In this document: piece by piece, positions 1 to 14,381 of the stretch
Position numbering within the stretch: position 1 is the stretch's first letter
Layout of the letters: each line of letters opens with the position of its first letter
Assembly: GCA_002633005.1 (NCBI GenBank)
Contig: NMRA01000216.1
Coordinates: 198,772-262,771, forward strand
Length of the DNA: 64,000 nt
Source: Phoronis australis
Taxonomy: Eukaryota > Animalia > Phoronida
Direction of reading: 5' to 3'
Notes under the pieces: generated by a model
What the model was told of the DNA's origin: nothing
What the model saw: the letters and a program-made list of their open reading frames with translations, nothing else
Database searches by the model: none
Made by a program: the position numbers and the translations under genes

Positions 1-1107
1 TTTGTAATTTTTGTTGTTTGCGTGAAATATTATGCTTGTTATGTGATTCCCTCATTATGGAACTTTTCAACATTTTGATGCTTGGAAATTAGAAAGTCTG
101 TTAAAATGATGTGTATTTGTACCCTGGTGGCACTCTTAAAATGCTGCACTTCGAGCTAATGAATTCTGACTAGCTTGAGCAGAGAGTTAGTCATAAGGTA
201 TAATGTGTAATGCTGAAATTCAAAAGAATTTGATGAATTGCTTTACTGTCATCAAGAAGGCCGAGTCTGGTAATGCTAGGCCTAAAATATTTTAAAATGT
301 CATTTGCAATTGTCCATAACGTTTCACCATTATTCAGTGATTAGTCGACAAACAACACTTGTAACTAGTATTGCTTATTTTTTCATTGACTTCCAATGAC
401 GACAGCAACCTATTCTTCATCTTCCTAGTTGTAATGTGCAATTAAGATGAGGTAAAAATAAATAGATTAGAAATTAATGAAAACTTAAGCGGCTCCAAAC
501 GTTTTGTCAATTTAGAGAAATTAAATTTATTGGTCTCAACTTGTTCAATCTTTCTTCAGGTGAGAAGTGGTTTCTGGGCTCATAAAGTACTAACCATTCG
601 TTATTCCTTGAGACCATGGTCGGTGCATAAAATAAGACGCCATGACAACCCAACGTGTAGCGCGCCTGGTCTCAAGTGATAGCGATCAACTCTTTGCTAG
701 CCCTGAAAGTGAGAAACAACTTGACACCAGTTTCATAACGCTAAGTCTTCTAATTGACCAATCACAAGCTCTGCCCCCTTGGGTAATGTCGAGTAACAAA
801 AAATAAGTTTTACCTGGCAACGTGATGTTTGTCGGGTAAAATGGCAGCTTGTAAACGAAGGTGTGTCAATAATGCGTTCTAAATAGTCAATTTTAAAAGC
901 TGTCACTCTTGGTAATAGACCAATTCAATGATTTTTTCTTGTGGGGAAAGCGATTTTATAGCAACTTCATATTTTTTCTTTCTACTAAATTTTTGTTACT
1001 GTTTACAAAATTATTACTCGTTCTAAAATGCACAATTCATTTGAGTCAGCTGTCGACTGACAAATTCAATTTTGTTGTTTACATCCCCTGTACTTTTGTT
1101 GTTTCAG

Positions 1108-4100
1108 AGTATACAACACCAAACAGTGCGCTATGAAGTTGTTCCGTTATCTCCACTTTTAAAGCATAGACTTAGTAAGTATTTCTCCATTGGTTATCTG
1201 GGTTTTTTCCATTTGACTCTTCTTGGTAACAAGTTTGGATGTTGTCAAGATGAGTTTGACTCATTAATATAGAATTTGAATTGACATCATAATGAGTTTG
1301 AACTGCAAGGAGATTAGTAATTTCTTCAGCGAAACGGGACATTTTGGATTTTTGTCACCAGATCGATAAGCACTGGAGTTTTGAGCTTGGTCATGAATTT
1401 TGTAATTTTTCCTCGTCAAGTTTGAATTTTCTGTTGGTTTAGAGCTGTTGTATTAAAACATTGCTATTCTGGACCTCCCTGAAAGTTCTCCACTTGACTA
1501 ATTAAATTAATGAACTAAGAATTATGCACGACTTCAAACCAAATGCAGGTTAGTGGTGTGTAGAATGAATGAAAGTTTAATACAAATCAGTAGTCTCGAT
1601 TCGGAAGTGTTGAAGTCTCCTCTTCTGTGGAAGCAGAATATCGCATGGTACAATCGATCTAGTTTTTTATAGGTTAGGCAGCCCAAGAGGGCTAAGAAAA
1701 GTTTTTTCTGTGTCCTAACCAGCTTATCAATATTTTGGTGTTGACATTGCAGCCGCTCAGCAGAGATAAAACTTTTCTAGTATTTGAATGCTTTAAACTT
1801 GTGTTTAGCAAATCAGCAGTGAACAACTGAGATAAGTGCCCTCTTGGCCCTAATTGTTGTAAATGCTGCAGAATTATAGAGGGCGCTGTGGTATTTCTGA
1901 TTGTGTCCATCGCCGTAATCACATGACGTTGAAAAAAGTCATTTCTAGTTGGCGCGGATTTGTTATGTAGCCAACAGGAAATATTTTAAATTCAGGTCTT
2001 TATCATTGTGATAACGCAAAAGCGTTGTTGGCTTGACCCAATGTGTAATTCTGGTGAGCGAGGCGGGATGAGCTGAAAGAGTCAAAACGCAATTTGTTTT
2101 GTGAACAGACATTTCGAGTCATTTGGCATTTTTGTGCGAATCATTTAAATATTGCACGACACAACAGTGACGATTTGACTGCACGATGGTCTCAAAGAAT
2201 GGTAAAAAATGCTGGGAAATGTCCTATGCACTAAAGCCATTCAAGAATCCAGAACGCTGTCTACCAACTAAACTATCGCCATCTAGTGACAAGGTGTATT
2301 TCATCATGATGCCGATGCATCAAAATATGCTTGTTGGGTATTAAACTCGGCTTATGCCTGTGGAAGTTAGGTACACAGATGGAGACTATTTTTGTTGGCA
2401 ATAGCCACTTGTAGAAGTTCCGAACCAGTTTGATGATAATTATTAAGTAGAGAAAACTTGTTCTTGAAATACACGACCTCTATAAAGTGCCGTCCACGCA
2501 CGGGCCTACCCTAGAACAAGTTACTCCTGGAATGAGTTGTCGCTAGGTTTGGGGGCAGTGTGGACGCTATTTAAACTAGTGCAACTTACCCCACTTGTGA
2601 CAACTTACTCCACCTTATCGATGGAGGGTAATTTGTTCTAGGGTAACTGTGTGGCCTCAAACCTGGGGCTAGGCGGAAGTAATTGTGAGCTCCGGTTACA
2701 TACAGGCGGCATTCTTTTGCACACCGTACTCGTATAAGGTGTTCATTGTCATGCGCTTTGCCTTACCCTTGTTATTGGACGTGCGTGAGGACGCTCCACT
2801 TAAAAGTGGAAAAGTTACACTAGTGCAAGTTGATCTAGAGTAGGCTGTGTGTGAACGGGGTTATAGTGACTAGTACAGCGTTCATTCACAATGCAGTCAA
2901 ATTTCTACGTCTCCAAGTATTCTCTGTATAAATCATAGGAAATCCATATCCAGGGTTTCTGTAGTTGGTATACCTTAACGGTTAATCCCATAATCCTTGT
3001 TGTAATCATGTACTGTTATTGTAATCCACTGGGGTATGAGTCATGTGATTGGCTGGTGTGTATGCAAATGTGATCGCACATGCAGCTAGTTGTTTTTTGT
3101 TAATGGTCAACCTCAGACCAGTTTTACAGTGCTCTCATTGGCTCATGTCAATTTTAGAGAGTTGCTCTCCTTACTTTAGTGCAGCTGTACTCATTTTTTA
3201 TAACATCACGTTTTGTTGCGGAATTGAAATAACCACCTCATTTTACTAATTTAGATCCGTGGCATCTAAGTTTTGCAGAGTTATTTTATTGCCTAGACCT
3301 TGAGAACACGTGTTAATTTCTGTGTAGGACTCTCTTATTAAAACATGAATGGACAATAGATTCATTAATTTGGCCTTGCCTTTCCTGCAGTTGCAGTTTT
3401 TGTTGCCTTGGATCACAACTTCATGAGATTTCTTAATGTGTTTCATATCTGAATAGTTCTAGCAAAACAAATCATTGCCTGCTTGGTAAAAGTCTTCAGC
3501 AGCTTAGCTCCCCAATAATTACAGTGAGACTGAAACTAATTCTGCTGATTACTGTGTTACATCACAGTATACCCATGTATAATAAGCTGCAAATAGATGT
3601 AGCATACAGTATATACAGATGGATCGAATCTTGAAACCACAGTTACCTGTTGGTGCTATTGCACTTAGGTTGGGTCGGTGTTCGAAGTACGTTACCACAG
3701 CTTGCAGTTTAAGTTAAGAGCACTGCACGTGAGAATGATAAAATTTCAGTCTATGAGCATAGCCATCTTTACGGACATAACCACAATTGCTGCTTGTCTA
3801 CCGATTTCAGTGCCTGCGTAGATGTTGCCCCCCCCCCTCCCCCTGTAGAACACCTAAGATTTGCCAAAGTTGGAGAAACTGACATGTCTCACTCACCTTA
3901 GACATGCTAAAGTTGGCTAACAAGCTAAACTGCTTGTTATGACTGAAAGATAGCACACTTGTGTTTAAATTGCATGAGTGAACAGTAAATTATGCATAAA
4001 TCAAGATCAAGAGATTAAAAATTTGCTCTGGTCTGGGAAGTTATGTTTTGCTCACTTACCAGTAGCTGCAGGGACAGCAAAAAAATGATGTTAACATTAT

Positions 4101-7100
4101 GCCACATAGCATGTCTCTTTTGAAATCATGCTTGCTATGGTGAAGTTATTCAACTATGTAATTTAGTTGTGCTGGTGGCAATACAGTGAATTGAAGTAAG
4201 CTGATGTTACTGCAGGGTTTGAAATTCATTCTGATATGCCAAGTTAGATGATCGTGGCGCTTTTCCTTGAAATGAGTGAAGCCACAGCCTCAACTACAAA
4301 GGAGGTAAAAGGGCAACACGCTTTCTTAATGACTGGTACATTTTCTCCAAGTTAAGCAAAGGTTCCATTTATCCACAAAAAGCAAAGCAGGGTTGTCCCT
4401 GAGCAAAAATTCAAAACATGGTGCAAATTCCGCATCGTGTTTTTGTATCGTATTTTACTTTTTGTTAATTCAGAAAATCGGGCATGTCACTTATCATTTT
4501 CACTACAAAATAAGAAAAACAAGTGCCACTGTGCAACATCGTTTATATGATTTGTCATGTAACTTTGGCTTTTCAAACGATGGCTCAGGGCTTTTCAAAC
4601 ATGGCTCAAGATTTCCAAACATTGTACAAAACATCTAGGGAGAACACTGCAAAGTTTCTAAAATGTTGATTTTACGGGAATAATTTTAAACTAATGCCAG
4701 CTTAAGTTAAAAGATTGTGCTTACTACCAGTATTGTATATAGTTAGCAAGGTGTACATGATTAAAGCTTAAGCCCTGATCTATTGGTAGCATCCTTCACA
4801 GTAGCAATAATGACCGAACAATAAAAACAAGACAGTTGTCACATACTGATGTACTCGTGGGATTTCAATACCTTGTGTGCTGTCGTGTTATGTTCAAATA
4901 TCTTCCTATCTGTTGACCAGTAAAACCATGACTGTACACCTACTGTCCTCCGGTAGTCGTTGCTTACAAAGAGCAGTTATCAGTCAGATAAGTTATTTGC
5001 GCCAGTTTATCTCTTTTCACTATTGTTTTACCTGTATGACAAGCATCCTTGTTGGCAAATTCCATACCATCAAATTTTTGTGGTACATTATATTGTTAGG
5101 TATTTGCATTTAACTACCTGCTATTTATATTACCATGTGATTGTGCACATGTGATGAGGTTTATGGAACTCCCAATATGTGTAGTATTCTTACAATGCAA
5201 TCAAGTATTCTTTTTCCATCTCTACTGTGAATGAATTTGGTGTAGAATGTTTAAATCAATTGAGGCACCTGTCTCTTGTGATGTGCAAGCCAAGAGACCT
5301 TTTTAAAAGGTTATATAGGACCTCAAGGGCAGATGATTTTTAAAGGGGGAGTCGGATCAAGAAGAAAGACTTTAGATTTTGTTTTTTATTTAAAACCAAT
5401 CTGTGATTGATTGGGTTATTTGACCAAGCCTTTTTAGTGAAATTTAGGGTGAAACTGAAGGAGGTACATTCATAGTAAAATGATGGTTAGCAATAACAAA
5501 AACGTATACAAATTTTGTATGATACAAAATATGTACAAAATGAAATCTCAAAAACATTAAAAATTACAGTTTTCTAAAATATTCTTTCATTTTAAGCAAC
5601 TTTTGAGGTTTATTAATAAGAATTATTTGTGATAGCCCTTCATTCAATTCCAAAACAATTCCTAACTGCATTTTGAAGAAAAGATCATAAGATGTGAAAT
5701 TTCCATAGGAATTGGATCGGCCATTTTCAAGGTATGATGTAGTGTCTTATATTACCTAATTGTGGAGCTAGGCATGGAATTTTGTCTTGCTCCTGATGAA
5801 ACTTTACCATGTCCCAGAAGTTCAATTTGGTCTAGACTAGTAAATGCTACGCACTTACGTCACCATGTTTGTAACAGAGCGGTCTGGGATTACACGTTGA
5901 TAGAACTCTTCTTTGTCCTGGAAATAAGAAAGCGCGTAACATCATTTTGGAAATCAGGCACATTTTCATGTCTCTCATTGCAAACAATTTCAGATCACGT
6001 ATCCACAGGTATTTGTCCAGTTTATCAAACTTTCTTACGTCAGAGTTGCAGCCCACATCACAGCTAGTATACTTTGTTGCCGTTGGAAGGACGAATAGAG
6101 TAATACAACCAAGAAAAAACGTGTAAAGAATTGGACAACAGCAAATAAATGTGAAAGTCCAGTGGAACGAAAACGAGGCAGCAAATGTGCCTGACGGGTG
6201 TTTGTGGCATTGTGGGTAAATACAGCGAGATTCGAGTGTCTGTGTGTAATCCGGAATGGCCCTATTGGATATTGCTGTGCACTTACATCACCATGTTTCT
6301 AATTGGGTATGTGCAGGAGGGCAAAACTTAGTATTCAGGTGTTTATTATCTTTACCTCTTCGCTGCAGGTATAGTGCCTAGAAAAGTATTCGTCCTTGAC
6401 CTGGATGAAACTCTCATTCACTCTCATCACGATGGTGTGCTGCGACAGACTGTCAAACCAGGAACACCATCAGATTTCGTTTTAAAGGTAACCTACCAAA
6501 TGAAGTATGTGGAGAGGTTTGACGATGGAGTTCACATTTAGAGATAGAGACATGTTTGATAATTTCATAAGATAAGATATCTTAGGATAAAAACTCATCA
6601 GTTTAGGTCAAAAACAATTACAAAAATTTACAAAAATAGCCTTTCCATTTTTCAAAAGCTTCTAAAATGTTTGTGAATGTCCACTATTTTTCAAAATATT
6701 GTCCAGTGGTTGCTATGATACAGGCCTTGGACATGAACATTTATTACTTTTTGCTTCATGTCTTTCATGGAAGAAATAAAAGTACACTTGTGCACCATAT
6801 TGTGCCCTAAGTTGGTAATGGTCGGACATGGCGTGCCCGAAGTTTGAGAACCAGTTTTCTCCACTGAGTTAAGGGCATCAAACTGGTTCTCAAAATACGG
6901 GCACATTATATCCGACTATTGTCCTTAAATTAGTGAGATTTAATTAGTGTACATAGATCCTGAGTTTAGGCAAATTAGTAAACTAAGAGGATTGGTTATG
7001 ATCACTGAATAGTGTGAAAAAGTTTGTGACGCATGATCAAAGCATCACACAGTAACACTTGAGCATTATGTGACTGTTCAGGTTTTAGGGCAATACGGTA

Positions 7101-10100
7101 CCTGTAGATTGTAAATGATTGTTTTATCAATAGTGTGAAAAGTATGTGACGCATGATCAAAGCATTGCACAGTAAAACCTGAACATTACGTGACTGTTCA
7201 GGATTTAGGGCAATACCTGTAGATTATAAATGATTGTTTTATCAATAATAACAATGTAATTGCATACCATTGCTCCTGTTGGGTTCAGTGTTACTGTAAT
7301 GTCAAGGCGCTCGTTTGTCTCCAGATCCCAATATTTTAACCATGTGGTGTTCAATCCAGAGTACACCATTGCTGCACGCAATGGAGTTCTTGTAGTTGTA
7401 GAATAGTGAATATTAGAAAAAAATCAAATTACACAAGTGCTGTTATTGACAGCGTCAAGTGATGATAACTTCGATGACACTGGAGTTGACATTCACACCG
7501 CATCGAAGCGTCAACGCTCTGGTGTTAAATCCACTTGAGTACTGCGAAGTTAACTTACACTCAAAGCATACCGCGCTTCGAGTTCGAAATTTTGGAGTTT
7601 GATCTCGAGTAGTTTGTTGGTCACAAGAGCATGGTGTTGGGATGTTGAGACATTTCCAACGTCGCACAGACTGTGTTACTGTATATTCGACTGAGACATC
7701 TGGCCAGCAGTATTTTGAACCCCGTTGATTGAACTAGTTATTTGTAAACTAAGTTGGCCCGAACTCGTTACAGTCTATTGAATGAAGGTTTTTCCCATTT
7801 CAGGTCGTCATAGATAGACATCCCGTCAGATTTTTTGTACATAAAAGGCCACATGTGGATTACTTTTTAGAAGTTGTAAGTACGATGAATTTGTGTTTTG
7901 AATTATTTAGGCTGGCATGGAGTCTGTAGATGTAGCAGGAACATATAGCTGGTCAGACTTCTTTCGATGATTTATTTCAAGTGGCTTCATATTATTTGCC
8001 TTAATGTTTCAAAAAACCACACTTATGGGAATTATTCCAAGCCATATTCTGGAAAAGTACTTGGACATTTGTGTTGGCAGTAACTGAGACTGAAAAAACA
8101 CCAAGTGTTGAGTCTTGGTGTATGTGCTCATTTCATATTTACTGTATTCGCCCTAATGAGCGCCCATGCCCCTGTAAGCCCCCCCCCATGCATTTTCAGA
8201 CTTAGCTAAAATAAGCGCCCAGTCCATGAACGCCATGTACATGCGAAAAATGCCTTACCTACAGTTCTAAAATTTTACAGTAACGTCTTCAATTTATCAA
8301 TAAGATCCAACAGTCCTGAAAAAATCATTGTGCATGGAATTTGTAGACCACGAGCCTCACCGCTATGTCGGTATTTAGCCGTGACTATACACTTCAAACT
8401 TCCGCCGTGCTTAAAAGGGAACGCAAGCGTGACTTGAAAACTAATAAAAACTTGACCTTTGTTCAGTTAAAAGCACGTGGCCAGTACCTGTCATGGAAGT
8501 CTTCGGGAACTGTCTATTCGTGAAACGAGTAGCATAACATCGGCAAGAAATAAATACTGGCACTTATTTCTGAACGTTTCTAATTAGTCGTAATTGGTGT
8601 TTTTAAAGTCAAAATGACCCACTATAGCGAACACTTCCGCACCCTTACACCCCCCGAATCTCCCGAAAAATAACTGTTAGACTGTCGCGCATCCAGTCAC
8701 CTGGCAACTCAGTGACATCGGCCTTACCGAGACAATTCTCAAACGTTTTTTATAGAAGATGAGATCAACAAGTGCTAAATAAAACACATTCTGCTTTACT
8801 GCTTGGTGTGAATTTCCTTAGTTACAAATACCTAGATCGTTGTATCGCATTTACTCTGACTGGCAAATGAACCCTCATCGGATGACATTCGTGCGCTCGC
8901 TCACCCACACAATATGCAGAAGAGCTTCAAAACAAAAATCACGTGACAACAACATGTGTGTTCGTCCAGAGATTTTTCTCGTGTTGCGGTGTACGATCTA
9001 ACCCATATTTGGACTTAATATGCTGTTAACCCCGACTCCACAGGAACTTAAAAATTTTAGGGACGCTATTTTGAAAACTTAAGGAGGACTTCAAGTAATT
9101 TGTTGAATCGAAACTATATTTTTACTCAAGAAGAAGTTGACCAGGAGCATAATTTTATTTGTGAAATTTCACTGTAAATTCTTTTTAAGAAATTTCTTCA
9201 TCCAGTTAAACCACGCAACTGTTGTAAAACGACATTAGATCAATTTTAAACCATCTTCAACAATGAAATTTTAATAGTTACTTTGCCTGAAACTAAAGAA
9301 TGGGTACATGACTGTGCATTTCTGATATGAGGTTGCTGTGTGTTCACCTCAGTCTCAACACGTTTTACTCCACAGGTTAGTCAGTGGTACGACCTCGTCG
9401 TGTTTACTGCTAGTATGGAAATTTATGGCGCCGCCGTCGCTGACAAACTAGACAATAATAAGGGAATACTAAAGCGACGCTATTACAGACAGGTAACGCT
9501 TTTCTTTTCCCGTACGATGTAAAATTCTTCTTTCCTTCGCTGTCTCCTCCCACTCAAATTTGTACTGATTTTGTCTTATCACTTGTTTCACATCCCTCAA
9601 GTGTTATTGTTTTGAACGCTTTCATTTTCTAATTCCTCTGTCATGATGAAAAGTCCAGCTTGTTTGCTGTAAGTAAACGGTTAACATTTTATCAGCATAA
9701 TGTAAATTAGCCTCTCAGGTGGAAGGTACCTCACGTCATTGTTACTCGCAAACAGTGAGGCAAAATGCTCGTGGACTTGTAAACTACATTCGTAGTAATC
9801 AGCAGAAACGTGGTACTCTCAATTACATTGAATTAGTGGGATATGTTATTGCCTAGTGACACAGTGGTTAATTTTTATTGCCTTCTAAAGATAATCAGCT
9901 AAGCATTCGGCTCACCTCATACCATTAGGATTTGCACTCACCAGGCAAAAAAATCAAACAAGTGAGACATTGGCATCGCAAGGCAAAGTCCTCACGGCTC
10001 ATTTCACAGTAGACATGAGCTATGAGCTGAGCTCACTTGCATTCGATGGTCATAACTCTCCGCCTGTGCTGGCCCTTAGACCATCTTCCATCGACGGTCA

Positions 10101-12687
10101 TACTCTCCATCTGTGCTGACCCTTTGGCCACTTACAAAAAAATTACTCTCAACTTCTACCTTAATCATAATTTTTTAACTTGAGATTTGAGCTCAGTTAC
10201 ATGGATTCGATGGACCAGATGTTAAGTGCACTCCAGGTACTAGCTGGTACACTGGACCTTTAAGTCATGTTGGTTTGAGCAGGTCATGTAAGGAGACTGA
10301 TTGTCCAATTCTTTTCCCTGTGTAAAATTGCATTAATACCGTTGCTGTGACCACCCCTGTTCACAGAGTGCATGTGGGTGTATTATATGGGTACGTTGAC
10401 AGTAAATGCTCATTTACAACCAGCATCTGAAGCTGGTGTCACTGCAGATGATTGTTTACCTCTTTTCCAACTAAATTTGCTTTGCTGAATGTCATCTAGA
10501 AAAGCTATATTACCCTACTTGGATACATTTTATTACGTACTGAGATGTCTCCAGCTGGATTTTAAGTCGTATTGTTGTTGCACGTTAGTACTAGTTACCT
10601 GACACTATGCACACAACCACTGCACACACTGAGTTGTGAAATGCAGCTTATTACTTTACACATGGTATTCTCATCTTTCCGCAGACTTTCTTGAGGAGTT
10701 TGCTCTAGGGTTCTCTAACTTGATCGGACGAGTTCACTAATTGATGTTTATGTTAAGCAATCCCACAAGTTGACCTTCACCTTTCGCATGTTCGTTCCAC
10801 ATAAGGAATTTTGTGAGCGAGCTAATGACCTTTCACGTGCCATCCTGGTCTTTCTACATGCTCTCTGTCTCAGGAATGAGTCCTTTTTGGCGGTTATTTC
10901 CCAAAGTTAGACACACACAAGTTAACACACACATGGGGGCATTCATGGTGCACTGGGTTTCCTGGAAGGCCTCATAACCTCATTTGGTTTCACTCGCAGA
11001 CACTAAACTATAGTGGCAGTACCCACAGCCACTGTCAGATTTGTGTGGTACAAATTAATCGCTTCTCAATTGTTAGTAGTCATAGTCCTCAAAAATCATC
11101 GTCTCGTTCATTATTTTTGCAGCACTGCAATCTAGATTTTGGCAGCTACACAAAAGACCTTTCGGCCATAGAAACAGACTTGTCAAGAATATTTATATTA
11201 GATAACTCGCCAGGAGCCTACAGGTCATATCCAGGTAAACGAGTTACCACACATTCTCGTATTTCGGTCAGTGCGTCAATGTGTGACATTCTAGCTGTAT
11301 CGGGAACTGGGCGGTGAGTACGCCTGTCACGTGTTTTAAGCTGTGCCTACAGGTGAAACACTTCAGCAGAACCGAGAAGTTAATTTCTAAAATGTGACTG
11401 AAATTTGACTTACGTTAACAAAATTGTAAGCATTGGCCTGTATTCAATTTAACCTCAACTTTAATGGGAAAGGACAAAAATGACAAAAACCACACGAAAA
11501 ACATCCAAATTAAGTCATGCTGATAGACAAGAGCTATCCTTCTGTGCCCGTAGGGGTAGCAATGCTGATAAACGAGAGCTAGCCTTCTGCGCCCGTAGGG
11601 GTAGCATGGAAGCATGTGCTTATTGGCAAAAGGTTGAGCAATTTCTTTGAAAAGAACTGTTGTAAATGTTTATGTGCATTTGGTCTAAATACATGGGTAC
11701 ACAAGATCTACCTTGGCTGGTTACACTCTTGTGTTTTGTCCTTACTTCAAAGGATTCTAGCTCTTCTTAGATGGGATGCAATACCTTCTCGTGAAACTTA
11801 TCTATGAGTTAATTTAGAGTAATTAACTACGGTAACCTTTGTTACTGATCACAGAATCTTGCATGTACACGAAGAATGCTTAGAAGTTCGTAATTGTGTC
11901 TGTTTTTTTCAAAAAAATCATGATTTTTCAAGGAGATTGGCATCAACCTTTCTTGAAAAAACGGAGTCTTAATTTTAGACAGTCAAGGTCTTTGACTAAA
12001 AGAATTTGGAAGAAATTTTTTGATATGTTTTTGTGCCTTGTTTAATTTTTTTAAGAATTTCAAGTTTTGTGCGTTAAAAATCAAGTCGGTGAAAAATAGG
12101 GTGTGTTCCATAAAGACTTTTTAGAAAAAAATGCAGCCGTGTGATTGTGAACATCTAGGCGCATCATAAGATTCTGTGATCAAGGTTTTAAGATGTATAT
12201 AGTTTTATAGGTCTACTGTAGTCTTTCAGGTCTGCTGTAGTCTTATAGGTCTACTATTAATACTTAAAAATGATTTAAGAAATTGGACCCGTAGCAATGA
12301 GAGTAAGCTAATTTTCTTGGTAACCTTATGGATGTGTGAAATGTACATCCAGGACAGTTCCTGTTTATATCCGTGCAATTCATTTTCTTTTTTCCGTTAG
12401 TATAACTTTCCATATTCATCGCTCTTTGAATTCATGCAAATGGTCTTTTGGTCTCAGGCAATGAAATTTTTGTGTGACTACGAATGCTGTACAAGTTCAT
12501 TACTTCGTGTGCTGATTCCAGTTTTCTTCTATTCGTAGACAATGCAATTCCCATCAAGTCGTGGTTCTCCGAACCAACAGACACGGCACTGCTGAATCTA
12601 CTGCCCATGTTGGACGCCTTGCGGTTCGTCAGCGACGTCCGCTCCGTGCTCAGTCGGAACTTACACAGGCACCAGCTGTGGCAATGA
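1108..12687 (+). CDS. CTDNEP1: CTD nuclear envelope phosphatase 1 (Dullard/Nem1 family HAD phosphatase), 5'-partial; exons 1108-1174, 6369-6487, 7804-7875, 9376-9492, 11123-11234, 12539-12687
   Basis: Six exons with AG/GT borders splice in frame to ...[45 protein letters not shown]...[42 protein letters not shown]...[65 protein letters not shown] is the catalytic DxDxT motif. The first coding exon lies upstream of the window. Confidence 0.96.
2483..2866. mobile_element. Degenerate MITE with terminal inverted repeats (PIF/Harbinger-like), in a CTDNEP1 intron
   Basis: Left tataaagtgccgtccacgcacgggcctaccctaga mirrors right tctagagtaggctgtgtgtgaacggggttata; internal (a)agttac/aactt subrepeats. 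Confidence 0.5.
6821..6917. mobile_element. Short palindromic MITE, same family as 33676-33783
   Basis: gtcgga..gtgcccgaagtttgagaaccagtt pairs with aactggttctcaaaatacgggcac..tccgac. Confidence 0.6.
7008..7247. repeat. Tandem duplication of a ~120 bp unit (2 copies)
   Basis: aatagtgtgaaaagt(t/a)tgtgacgcatgatcaaagcat...aaatgattgttttatcaata occurs at ~7008 and ~7129. Confidence 0.85.
8141..8230 (+). mobile_element. Tc1/pogo(Tigger)-like terminal repeat end
   Basis: ta-ctgtattcgccctaatgagcgccc...taagcgccc resembles the TA-CCGTATTCGCCCTAATAAGCGCCC ends of pogo-like MITEs; the partner end was not clearly found. Confidence 0.4.
11517..11608. repeat. Two-copy ~46 bp tandem repeat
   Basis: atgctgata(g/a)ac(a/g)agagcta(t/g)ccttctg(t/c)gcccgtaggggtagca is repeated twice. 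Confidence 0.8.
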
Positions 12688-13290
12688 CGACAGAGCTAGA
12701 CTGTGATAGGTTTGGTGCGCCAGCGCGTGTGCGTTTTGTACAAATGATGACTGGATGAATGCGCATGCCTCAGGCTGTGTGACAGGTTGTCGGCCGGACT
12801 ATAGAACTTGTTGTCGTACACCCACTAACCAAAATTCAGCCATGATGCCAAGATATTTGGTGGTTCTATATACATTTTGGGGAAATAAATTGTGTCGAAA
12901 TATGGTAAATAAAGTAGACGCTAAAAGTGATTCAGACAAAGTTACCCGGAATTCTCGTCATGACACTTGCTAAGGTGGCTAAGCGGTTCTGTAATTATAA
13001 TTTTGCCCTCCGTTATGTTGATTACCGATCATTTTTGTTGTTAACCGAATTAGTCGTTATGACGTGGAACTGGTATTTTGTCCGATTGCTTTACTCTTGT
13101 ACTGTATGTTTTGGGTGTCTACTCAGTGCGTATATCAAAGCTCACATTTGTTTCAGTCCACAGTGCCTATGCCATTGTCAGCTGGTCTGTCTTTAGCACA
13201 CTATCGAATGGTTGGTGGACGTGTGTCAAAAAGTTTAACTATGCCACCTCTAGAACCATAATGGTTATGGTGTAGCCGAGGTGTATTTCA

Positions 13291-13793
13291 CAGGGCTTGG
13301 AATTTTCCGCGGAAACGCGGATTTCCGCTTTTTTCAAATGTGCTTTCCGCTTTTTTATAATATTTCCGCGTAAAAAATCGGATTCGATATAAAATTTCCG
13401 CGGCAAATTCCTTTCTTACCGCAGCGTTGCAGATGACGTTCACCTCGAAAAGCGGAAGCTGCTCTTTATGTTTCGGAGGAACATAAATTGTCAACATTGC
13501 CGGGGCATCTGGAACAGCGTGGTGGGATTTTCAATGGCGTCTCATGTTATTGTTAAGCGCGGCGACAAATACTACCGCTCTGCAGCCAAAAATGTGTGGG
13601 TTGGGAGTGGACGGGCGAGCTAAAAGGACGCAGACTCATGCTACTGATGGTGGTAACATTTTTTTTTTTTTAGTCCTCCCGATTTTTGTCGGGGAAAGGT
13701 TCACATTGACCAATTCAAGGCTGGTTATCGGCATGATTTGGGCCGTAAAAGTTTCAATCCGCGTTTTTTTGTCATTGGTCATTCCAAGCCCTG
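13291..13793. mobile_element. hAT-like non-autonomous element (MITE) downstream of the CTDNEP1 stop
   Basis: 13-bp perfect TIR cagggcttggaat / attccaagccctg; subterminal ttccgc(g) repeats; the TSD matches only partly (atttca on both sides). Confidence 0.7.
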
Positions 13794-14356
13794 ATTTCAA
13801 TCATTTGTGTTCGCTCTTGTTATATTTAACTATTTGCATGACATCAACAGTACTGTTTGTATCACAGGATGACGTGATACCATTACGGTGACCTTGTGTG
13901 AGAAATTTTCATGAAATGAAGCCATCGTGTCTGTGGAGAGGTTTCGGTTTTCCGTCTACTGAAAACGTTTAAAGGCTCATCAAACGAAACGTTTGATATG
14001 CTATTTGAACTTGAGGAAAGCATGCAGTTCACGGTATTTTAATCTGAAACGTAGTTGTGCATGCCATACGTGTTCTGGTCTGGTTGACAACTGTGTACAT
14101 AGCCTGTGTGTATGGTTGAGTGCATGGGAACCCCCAAATTCTTGTACATTGTTTGTGTGTGTGTAAATATTGTGCTGCATTTGTAAACAATTAGGCATAC
14201 TAAATAAGTTACGCAGATTTAGCCTACTAGCGACAAGTGAACATGAGTTTAGAATCATCTCTATAATGAGTAAGCAGAGTGTATAGTGCAATGTCATGCC
14301 AATGTTTTGTTCGTGAACAATGACAGCGTCGTATTTCAGTATTGTTGTTACCTAAA

Positions 14357-14381
14357 AGAGAGAGTGAGAGAGAGAGAGAGA
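14357..14381. repeat. (GA)n microsatellite
   Basis: gagagagtgagagagagagagaga. Confidence 0.8.

Noticed and set aside
560-600. Possible extra CTDNEP1 exon after ttcttcag
   Set aside because: No resemblance to the CTDNEP1 N-terminus and no convincing donor.
1876-2292. CTCF-like motifs (agagggcgct; cgccatctagtg)
   Set aside because: Short partial matches are expected by chance or within repeats; no supporting evidence.
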